Assembly: GCA_000934665.2 (NCBI GenBank)
Contig: JYFJ02001668.1
Coordinates: forward strand, 53,265-73,264
Reading direction: 5' to 3'
DNA from: Catajapyx aquilonaris
Taxonomy: Eukaryota
Length of the DNA stretch: 20,000 nucleotides
Below the pieces are notes generated by a model, which made no database searches, had not been told where the DNA came from, and saw only the letters and a list, made by a program, of their open reading frames with translations. The translations under genes and the position numbers were made by a program. Of this stretch, positions 11,198-20,000 are shown one piece after another. Each line of letters begins with the position of its first letter. The first letter of the stretch is position 1.

Positions 11198-13415
11198 CAT
11201 TCTTTTAACTCTGTTAACGGTGGGATTACAGAAATTAGCATGCCTGGTGTGTGAAAAAATCAAGCAAAAACCCAACATATAATAGTTCTTTTCAGTTAAA
11301 AGCCGGCCTATACGGTCAAATACATACAAACATGCACAGTAAGTATAAGTTAAACTGAAAATTTTTCGAACGGCGTTTGTCATCGCAGAGTAATTGATAG
11401 GTCTATTGGTACCTGGAAGTTATTTTTGGAGCAGTGAAAGTTTTTCTTGGCCTACATTGTACTTATGGACAGAATTTGTTAGATAAATCGATTTGTAGCC
11501 CCTGACATACCGATATACTGCACAGATCGTTTTATGAATTAAATACTGTATCAGTCGCACTCTTTATGATATAGAACTGTTACAATTGCCTCTGCATATA
11601 CAACTGCACAAAGAGGGATGGCCTTTATACAGTCGTACTTGGCAAATGAACATGGGGATAAGCCTTGGCAGAACTTTTTCGTGCTGCCGCACTCATACAA
11701 TCAGGAAGCTCGTCAAAAGATATCCGAGCTTTGAATCCTGGGAACGGTAAGGTGGGCAGGAAAAACAAACTTTTGGGTCTGCAACTCCCAACTGCTAAGT
11801 AAAAGTAGTGACCTCCTTTCCCCAAAGTCCCCAGTCATTTCAATTAACCGCCACTTTGCGTGCTTGCTGCGGAATTGTAATGGCAACTTTGAACGTCGGA
11901 GAAGATTTGGTTTCAAGAATTCTCTCCCCCCCCCCNTCCCCCCGGCACAATGCCGTTGCATGAACACTGGGCCAAAATTCAGACCCTCCAAAAATACAAA
12001 TGACAAGGAACAAAAAAATCTGCAAGATTAGCATGAGTACGCACTAGTTTATCCCCATTTCCTAGGCGGCGGGACGTTTATTGTGAATTCTCGCAAGCGG
12101 CGATGATCCTTCTTGGTCCCTGCTGCTCCTAAGGGCATTACAAGTCACCGTAACACCGACTCTACGGAGGGGATTCACTCGCATAATGGAACAATTAGCA
12201 GGCCAGTGAGAATCCCATTATAGAGCCCATATATCCTCTCCGAAAATGGCGCTCCAGCTCGCTGACGTTCCGTATAATGCCCCTATTCCTTCAGATAAGG
12301 AGAAAAATTCCTTAACGTCCAGGCCGCCATGAAATCTATTCTGAATGCCAATAATCGCGGGTATATATTTCTTATTTTTGAAAAAAAAAAGACAGGCCGT
12401 ATCAAATATGCTGCCACAAAAGGCCGACCTGAAAAGAGGTTGCATAACCTGATAAACGAAACAATCGTATCAAAAATAACGCCCAGGAAAAATAGGACAG
12501 GTATTGTTCATGCAGGGGTAAAAAAAAATACCGGAAAATGCGCAGCAATATCCAGTCTCCGGTTGCAAATACAGGCCCGGCGCGAATTTCAGCAGCCAAT
12601 TCCAGCTGCATGTGGAGCAAACTTTGGGGAACCTTCGTGCATAAACGCAATATGCCTGGAAGCCATTACCCACACCATAAAGGCAGCAGATACTCAACAC
12701 AACGCCTTTTATTGCGTTGTCAAATACCCATCAACGAGCCAGTGGACAAAATATAGGAAGTAAGCGCCATATCTTTAGCGGCAGATGATAGGAACCTCTA
12801 ATGTGCTGCAAATTACCGGTTGGATTTGAGGGCGACAACGAGGCCAAAGGATTAGTTCCGGACTTGCTCGAATATTGGCATTTTGCATGCATTCAGTGCA
12901 GGATGATTTTTTGCTGCAAAAAAAATCTGGCCGCATGGGCCACGCCAAAAAAATATATAGCTTTGAAATAATACGATTTGCTTCGACACGAGCGGAATCC
13001 CATGGTACTGTAATCTTGCAAGCCATAGCAAAAACTATCCTGTTGCGCAAAATAATGCATGGTGTCCCAACGAGACAACATCTCACATCGTATCATGGAC
13101 GTTTACTTCGTCCATTTATCTCTTGCCGTATATTAAATCTGGTCCGTGCTGGCCACCGCAAACGAGCTAGGATATCTACTTTTAATTATGACAAATGTGA
13201 CCTCCATTATCCCGCAAAGCACAGAAAGCTGAGAGGTGGTTTCCTGGCTTGCGAATAAACAAGGGTAGTAAATATCGCGTTACACAGGCTAAACAATTTT
13301 AAGAGTCGCCTCGTATTACCACAAATGGAAGGGGGATATTAGGCTTTATTATATTTTAGCATGGTTTTTTTGCTGATGGGCCCACTATACAGGGCCCACT
13401 GATGACCGACCCTGA

Positions 13416-13469
13416 AGCAATCTAACGGCCAACACCAACCTAACGGCCAACAGCAATCTAACGGCCAAC
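13416..13469. repeat. 18-bp tandem repeat x3
   Basis: agcaatctaacggccaac / accaacctaacggccaac / agcaatctaacggccaac. Confidence 0.95.
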
Positions 13470-16378
13470 TGCCAGCGTCCTTTCCGCGCCTTACGCGTGT
13501 ATCGAGGCGTCCCATCCCTAGAGCCATGACTTTTTGACGCCAACTACTGACATGTTTCTCCTGTTGGATTTTCGACACCGACCGCTTTGAATGTCTTTGG
13601 CCCAAAAATGAGGCTGCTCGTTTGGTGGCCAGCGGCGCATTCTGACAGGTGCCTTTATGCAGGCAAACACACACACTTTATACGGTAGAAGTGGAGCTCC
13701 CCTCGAATACGAAAAGCTCTTTCCAATTGCTCCCGGAGGGCCCTTTCAACTCTGGCCCCAACCACCCCCTCTCTGCCTTTGGCCACCATCGCCAGCAGAT
13801 TTTCATGCAGGCAGCCACGGAAATATTTGAGGCCGCAAGCCTTGGGTCATTTGGCCGATGTATAGAAGCCGCCCTACCCTCACTTCCACCCCTCCAATTC
13901 CTTTCTGTCCCTCTTTTCCCCACCCCTGCTGCCTTCCCCGATCCGCGCCTTTTAATGGGAGCATACTTTGGGGGAAAACGAGGATTGCAGTTATGAAAGG
14001 AATATGAGGAAACGGCCGAAATTAAAACCGAGTAATTTCCTTTACTATCCGTTCAATATTCCTATCCGCCATTTCATATATTCTGGGCCCGGAGAATTGC
14101 GGGAGGCCATTGTGCGAGCTGAAGCAGATGGAATTGTTGGTATCTCTTTGAATTGCGCATTCAAGTACACAGATAGCAGGAGGGGGGAATGAGACTCCTT
14201 TGCAGGACACCGTCAGGCCGGAACAGGCCAATGGCGTTAACTCAGGTCGTCCCAGCACACTGCGAGTCAGAAAATGGCCGTGTTTGCAATACAATCATTT
14301 TCTTCCGCGTTCTTTCTGACCTGCACTGCCATTTGCCACCGGCTGCAAAAATTTGATCATAAAAGGCGAGTGCGCGGTTTTCCCATTTTGGGCGACCTAA
14401 AAATTGCGCAACCAACTTGTTAGCAGGCCGCAAGTACATTTCCTATTATGCATTTGTAGAGCAATTTCCGACTTGCGGCCTTCACAACAAACGAGTGACG
14501 CTGACTGCGCGACTAGAATCGTTTGCGGTCGAGTTTTACATGCCACATGCCTCAATCCCTGCCCCCTTCCATGAACAAAATGGTGAGCGGGAGGGGGCGG
14601 TTTCTCATCATCTCTAGGCGACTGGGGCTTATCCTGCTCTACTGCATTACCCTCACTTTGATGAGATAATCGCAGGAATGGATGGGTTGGGAGGGTGGGT
14701 GGAAAAAGGGAAATTGATTCGTGGGACCAACGGAAAAGGACAACGCATCCCTCCCCCTAACATACCCTTTTACCATGGACTATATATGTAGTGGGACGGT
14801 ATAGTGATATGTGAATTGCGTTTGGCCCCTCCGGCATTACATGCTGGGATTAAATAGTACTTTACATTTTCATAAAAATACTTTCCTAATTGATTAGCGC
14901 ACTTAACTTCCTCTTGAGGCTAATGCACATTCACCAGCTGCTCTATTCCGAACCCCTGTATTAAACATTAATGTTGATACCGACACTAAATTAGCCATAC
15001 TGTAGTTCCCATCATCGTTACCATGCATTAAAATGTCTTGCCGACAATTTTCCTCCAAGGCCCGCAAAATTTACAGCATCCTGTGCACCAAGACTCTCAT
15101 TCGTCAAGTGATTACCCCTTCCCATACTGAGCCTTATCTTTCCAACATCTACATTTTATGTTTCAATTCCCTGGCATGTTCATGGCGGTCCTTTATACTC
15201 TCATCAAACCTTCACATTGGAATTGCAGATGACAGCCAGCTGAAGCGAATTGGGCTTTGCATCGCATAATCACCGGGGGGCAACAAATCTCCGCAAAAGC
15301 AGCGAAACTGATGAAAACTTGCCAGAGTTGCAGTCAAGCAAGAATAACATTTGGATGTACACTAGAGTAGAGTGGAGTAGCCCTCATTCAAGGCTCCTTG
15401 AGTCAGCTAATACAGCAGCAACTTCCTGATAATCATATAATGGATCTTTTGGCTTAACAAAAGGATGCTTATTAAAAGTCCAGGAAAACCAGATTGACCC
15501 AAGGAAAGAGCTTGGCATGCAGTCTGGAGCTTGGAAATCCTTGCTAGATCGGTGGTGCAATGGGGCCTTTGGGAGCATTCCTATATTGTGCGCCCCGGGC
15601 GTTGCTTCGGCTCTAAAGGGCGAACGACGTTCCCAGGTTCACATTTCGCCAGGTTTTCTCACTCCGTCCCTCAGCGCCTCTCCACGCCTTTTCACTTCAA
15701 AAGAGCTGATACAGGATTATACGAGTCCCGATCAAGGCGTCATCCATCAAATTCCGAAGAGGGCACTCGTCTCCATTTTTACCTAATCATCAAGTGTTAT
15801 ACCTTTCTAGGAGTTTTTTTTGCCTATTCGATATTTCTGTTTTTTAGAGTCGGGGAACTGGCGGGCGGGTGACGCATGGTGCGTGGAATGTCACTGATAA
15901 ATGGTATCCAGAATGTTTACATCCGATCATTGCTGTAGTACACTCTGCTCCAGATCGGTTCAATTGTTTGTAAACTGCCGAAGTAAAATGCTTGTGGGTC
16001 GTAAAAAAGGAATATGGAAAAAAAGCACTCAGACTATAGGATGGGCATCATTTTTCACATCCTTCTTTCCTCGAGACAGCTTGTTTCTGAATGTTTACAA
16101 TACATTGTAACGCTCCTGATGGAAAAGCTTCTTGACAAGTAGCTGGGTAAAATCGGTGTTTAGAGCTACGAAATTAATCAAAGTCTCGTGCATCATTGTA
16201 CATTCGGGATTGGATGGTGTCAGGCAGTGTGAACAAGTTAATCACTGCTATGGACACGAATCATTAATTGTACTGTTAACCAGTATTAAAGCACTCGAAA
16301 TAATTACACTGACATAGGTACTGATGTGTCACCTACATATCCCATGAGCGAGTTTTCAACGCTTATTTCTGTTGACAG

Positions 16379-16514
16379 GTGTCCCTTTCCAACTCCCAGG
16401 AGGTAGTCCTGCGAGACGTCCAACTTGAACTGTCGGGGACTTACAGATGCGAAGTTTCTGCCGATGCTCCATCCTTTCACACCGACATTGCCCTTGCTCA
16501 AATGATCGTAGTAG
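16379..16514 (+). CDS. beat: Internal exon of a Beaten path (Beat)-family immunoglobulin-domain protein (second half of Ig1), possibly Beat-VI-like
   Basis: Acceptor ttatttctgttgacag| and donor G|gtaagt. The exon is 136 nt (phase 0 to phase 1), open, and reads VSLSNSQEVVLRDVQLELSGTYRCEVSADAPSFHTDIALAQMIVV. SGxYxCEVSxxAPxFxT is the characteristic Beat Ig1 F/G-strand motif. The paralogue assignment is from recollection only. Confidence 0.92.
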
Positions 16515-16592
16515 GTAAGTACTTTCCCCCAAACTAATCATAATCCTTTAACAGGATACGGCCATGGAGCGACGGGGGAAACACGCACTTGA

Positions 16593-16730
16593 CGGCCATC
16601 TTATCACGCTTTGAAAGACGCCAAGCTTTGTGTTCATGCCGTCCGCCATCTTATTTCACCTTCAAACGACGCCAGGCTTTGCATATTTGGCGGCCATCTT
16701 AGCACACCTTCAAACGACTTTAGGCTTTTG
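16593..16730. repeat. Degenerate ~49-bp tandem repeat x3
   Basis: cggccatcttatcacgctttgaaagacgccaagctttg (16593), ccgccatcttatttcaccttcaaacgacgccaggctttg (16643), cggccatcttagcacaccttcaaacgactttaggcttttg (16691). Confidence 0.85.
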
Positions 16731-17898
16731 TTGTGAGTGGAAAAGACTAAACCCGTAAAACTTGGCAGCCATGCCGTAATTGGAATTTCTGAGCAACGTA
16801 TGGAAAAGCCCCCCCCCCCCCCCCCNCCCCACTCCCCAACGCCCTCGTTGTGTATAACTGGGAAGGAATGCAGGGCGTAAAGTTGTCAAACGACAAATGG
16901 GGCGACTCTTCAAAGCCCGAATTCCGCTCCGATTCCTGATGGAATGCGAAGGAAACGTAAGCCGGAGTTCCTCCTACTGTGTGCAGGTGGACCCAATAGA
17001 ATACCACGCGGCCCACAAAGGACGATGTTGTTGATGTTAAAGGCTTGGGGACGTTCCCCCAAAATCTGATAAAGTCGACGCTTAGTTTCGGATGAGAAAG
17101 GAAATAGGCTTGATACTAATAGAATAACATTTCCGCACAATCTCCAGGTTGCGGCCCTCGTTAGCTACTCCGGGTCCAGAGATCTCAGGATTATACGGAT
17201 TGCCTTCGCCAGACCTTTGGTAGCTCGCATTTCAATTCCATCTGTAGGGTCTGTGCTCGCAATTTACATAATTTATGAACGCGCTGCAATACACTCATTC
17301 AATTGGCGCCTCCATTTGCTTTGATCCTACTTCTCTGCAGGTACAAGCAGACGCGAATAACATTTCGTATCACAAGTGCACTAATTCAATACGGCGCTAC
17401 TGTCGGTGCGATTCAAATTAGGCTACTGTGATTTTATGAACGACATCGAGGACCCTGCATTCAATTTTGGACTTGGTTCCTGTAGAGTGTAGACTGTACA
17501 TATAGCATGTTACGTGGAGTATTAATGAGTATATCACCGGTGAGTTAATTATAATCCGTGCAAATCACTGCGATCGATTTAATAACGCGCATAGTTATCT
17601 ACCACAAATATATACTAGTTCATTGCACTGAAGTGTTTTGTACAGGGTGCACCAAACTTCAAAATTTTGCTTATATGATAACCTGTGAGGATATGCAGGA
17701 TATGAAAACACATCACCCGAAGGCCCTTCACTTTTTTCCTCTCAGTTCTGTATAGAGACGCAGTATTGACCCTGTGACTGGAAATAAATTATTTGCAGAT
17801 GACCCCAAAGTTGCGGGATATATTGATACTGGTGCATGTTAATTACGAGGCACAGCATTTCAGAGTTTGTGGCATTGCAATTATACATTTTATACATA

Positions 17899-18319
17899 CA
17901 GGGTGTATCTGAACTCAGTGCCCCGACGTATATGACTGCCTTCCTGACCAGAGGATCGATTTAAGTATAGGAATCATTATGTTTGGCCGCCGCATTACGG
18001 AGATAATTGGCCGCAAACGTGTAGTACAAAATATCCTGTCGGTTAGGCCACCCATCGAACCCTCCCCCAGTCAGAAGGCTCTGGAAGGTCTGGGGGCGGG
18101 ACTTTGTTGGTTTGTTGCCCACAGGTGGTAAGGCCTCTTTGGCTAGTTACACCAGAAAATTCTATTTAAAAGTCAGAAGGAGCGATTAGGCAAAAATCGC
18201 TAAAGAGTGTATCTCCGTAATGCGGCGGCCAAACATAATGATTCCTATACTTAAATCGATCCTCTGGTGGCTAGTAAGGCAGTCATATACCTCGGGGCAC
18301 TGAGTTCAGATACACCCTG
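17899..18319. mobile_element. Tc1/mariner-type MITE, 421 bp, ~107-110 bp TIRs, TA target duplication
   Basis: TA|cagggtgtatctgaactcagtgccccg ... cggggcactgagttcagatacaccctg|TA. Segment 17899-18005 is nearly the exact reverse complement of 18210-18319 (a few substitutions, one small indel). No transposase ORF. Confidence 0.95.
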
Positions 18320-18735
18320 TATACATTTCACCGATACGGATGTGGTCGCAATTACAAAACACGCACATGTTTGGATTGTTTGAATATGACTATCCGTCTC
18401 GTATCTGTGATACCAAAGTTATAGTTAAAAAGACGTAAAAAGAGCACAAACAACTTTACAATATTTTTTATCAAGTGACTGTTCAACAATGACCTTAATA
18501 TTAAATGACATATCCATTACTTTTAGTTCCGGTGTAGCAAAATAAATTATGAAAAACCTTGCCGAACATATTTGAGCTCCTCGTATAGGTGGGCATTTCA
18601 CGGACGCTCACCTCTCTGAACTCACCTTCACAGAGATCATTTAAACGAGATTTTTCTGTAGCAGAAGTAATATCATACCACACTTGTTAGTTTTTACAGC
18701 AATCATGACGGCCACTGAAGTGTTGCTGTTTCCAG

Positions 18736-18790
18736 GCCCTCGGTGGACTACATAGAGACTACGTCAAGGACTATGTAGTCCACAGAGGGC
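18736..18790. repeat. Hairpin, 20-bp arms, 15-nt loop
   Basis: gccctcggtggactacatag / ctatgtagtccacagagggc (19/20 complementary). Confidence 0.9.
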
Positions 18791-18805
18791 TTCCCTAGCT
18801 CAATA

Positions 18806-19663
18806 CCGGGCGCGTAAATTTAACGGACTGCCACTTTCGGGGATAGTAGAGAGCTTCTAGGCGATCATTTTAAGCATATTATAGGTGTCGCGGGTCTCCA
18901 AAACCTGGTTACAGAGATAATCAGCATTAAATAAGGAGTGAATTATATGAAACAGCTTTTATGTTGCAAATACAGTCTTCGACACTTCCATCGCCTACGC
19001 TGTTACCTGCTACACCTGATGGGATTGTACCTTAAATTTAAATTGCATGGTAACACCTAAAATTCAAATGAAAAATGTAAGGTCGCACAGACGTTATACA
19101 GGTTTCGGAAATTAAATCCACCTTCGCTTTGGGGGATGGTAGAAGGGTTGTAGGCGATCCTTTTAAGTAGGCCTATAGGTACCGTGGTCCCCGAAGCATA
19201 GTTACCGAGATAATGTGCTTCAAACACAAAGTATAAAATATCCTGGCAGGTATCCGTCCCTCCATGTGACCTTACCTTTTTCATTTAAATTTAAGGTGTT
19301 ATCATGCAATTTAAATAAAACGCAATCCCATTAGGCGTAGCAGACAGTGGCAGTGGCAGGCGGTGGCAGTGTCGTAGGCTGTATCCGAAACATAGAAGCC
19401 GGTATAATGCACTTTTATTTAATGCTAATTATCTCGGTAACTATGCTTCAGAGACCCACGATACATATACTTAAAATGATCGCCTAGAACCCTTCTACCA
19501 TCCCCTAAAGCGAAGGTAGATTAAATTTCCGAACCCTGTATACCTACCTTGTGTTTGAAGCCCATTATCTCAGTAACTAGGCTGCTGAGACCCACAACAT
19601 AAATGCGTTAAACGATCGTCTAGAAGGCTCCTAAGTGACGCGGTACGTAAAATTTCCACACCG
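18806..19663. mobile_element. Older diverged MITE copy (outer), split into 18806-19098 and 19539-19663 by a nested insertion
   Basis: Collinear with the reverse complement of the inner element: 19036-19084 vs 19268-19316 match at 45/49, and 19549-19579 vs 19199-19229 at 29/31. Degenerate ends TA|ccgggcgcgtaaattta ... taaaatttccacaccg|TA. Confidence 0.85.
19099..19538. mobile_element. Tc1/mariner-type MITE, 440 bp, ~111-116 bp TIRs, TA target duplication (inner, nested)
   Basis: TA|caggtttcggaaattaaatccaccttcgcttt ... aaagcgaaggtagattaaatttccgaaccctg|TA. TIRs at 19099-19214 and 19428-19538. Confidence 0.95.
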
Positions 19664-19679
19664 TATAATTATAATAATA

Positions 19680-20000
19680 CAGGGTGTAAATGAATTCAGC
19701 CGACAAACTTGTAGGGGTAATAGAGGGGACCAAGACAAACATTTTTGACATAGGAACCCGTGTCCGGAAACGCCATCTAGAGGGGGTTCATAGACAAGGA
19801 ACGGGTGCGCTCAGACGCGTCACGCGGGAGGTGCTAGGTGAGCGGATTGTTTTGTTGATAGATGGCGCTCGGATAGTAACCAACGATGCGATGTGCCATA
19901 ACGTGGCAACAGCAGAGCCATCTAGCAACTAAAGTCCGCCTCCTAGGAGACGCGCGGATAGTCAACAGCGGTTCTGTTGTTGCCAGGTTATGGCGTATCG
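19680..20000. mobile_element. Left part of another probable CAGGGTG-type MITE, running off the window
   Basis: Starts TA|cagggtgtaaatgaa, like the 17899 element (cagggtgtatctgaa), and has a similarly placed ataggaa motif. Internal gccatcta/tagatggc repeats are present. The right TIR is not visible. Confidence 0.6.

Noticed and set aside
11141..11383. Poly-Asn ORF
   Set aside because: Produced by the (TTA)n microsatellite.
11926..11943. Poly-C tract with an N (another at 16809-16830)
   Set aside because: Homopolymer sequencing ambiguity, not a biological feature I can support.
14946..14960. ttccgaacccctgta, similar to the right tip of the 19099 MITE
   Set aside because: Only about 14 nt match and no partner TIR was found.
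16593..16730. Repeat-spacer-like pattern as a CRISPR array
   Set aside because: The repeats are degenerate, the gaps are only about 10-12 nt, no cas genes are present, and the context is a eukaryotic intron.
17331..17360. Strong-looking acceptor ttctctgcag as the next Beat exon
   Set aside because: In the required phase 1 it reaches a stop after six codons and shows no Ig2 motif.
17642..17670. tacagggtgcacc as another MITE left end
   Set aside because: No matching right TIR was found.
19690..19932. 80-aa ATG ORF as a transposase
   Set aside because: It begins within the putative TIR and lacks HTH or DDE/D motifs.

Overview
This is eukaryotic, most likely insect or other arthropod, genomic DNA that is almost entirely non-coding. 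The only well-supported coding feature is a 136-nt internal exon on the + strand (16379-16514, canonical ag/gtaagt) encoding the C-terminal half of a Beaten path (Beat)-family Ig domain. No other exon of this gene was recognised, so the window probably lies within its large introns. Those introns carry several TA-flanked non-autonomous DNA transposons (MITEs) with long terminal inverted repeats. One is nested in the opposite orientation inside an older copy of its own family (18806-19663). There are also microsatellites, short hairpins, small tandem repeats and two GC-richer blocks of uncertain origin (about 3050-5760, with faint LTR-retrotransposon pol-like motifs, and about 12050-14500). None of the ORFs in the supplied track looks like a real gene. 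I found no CRISPR array, RNA gene or convincing new multi-gene system.
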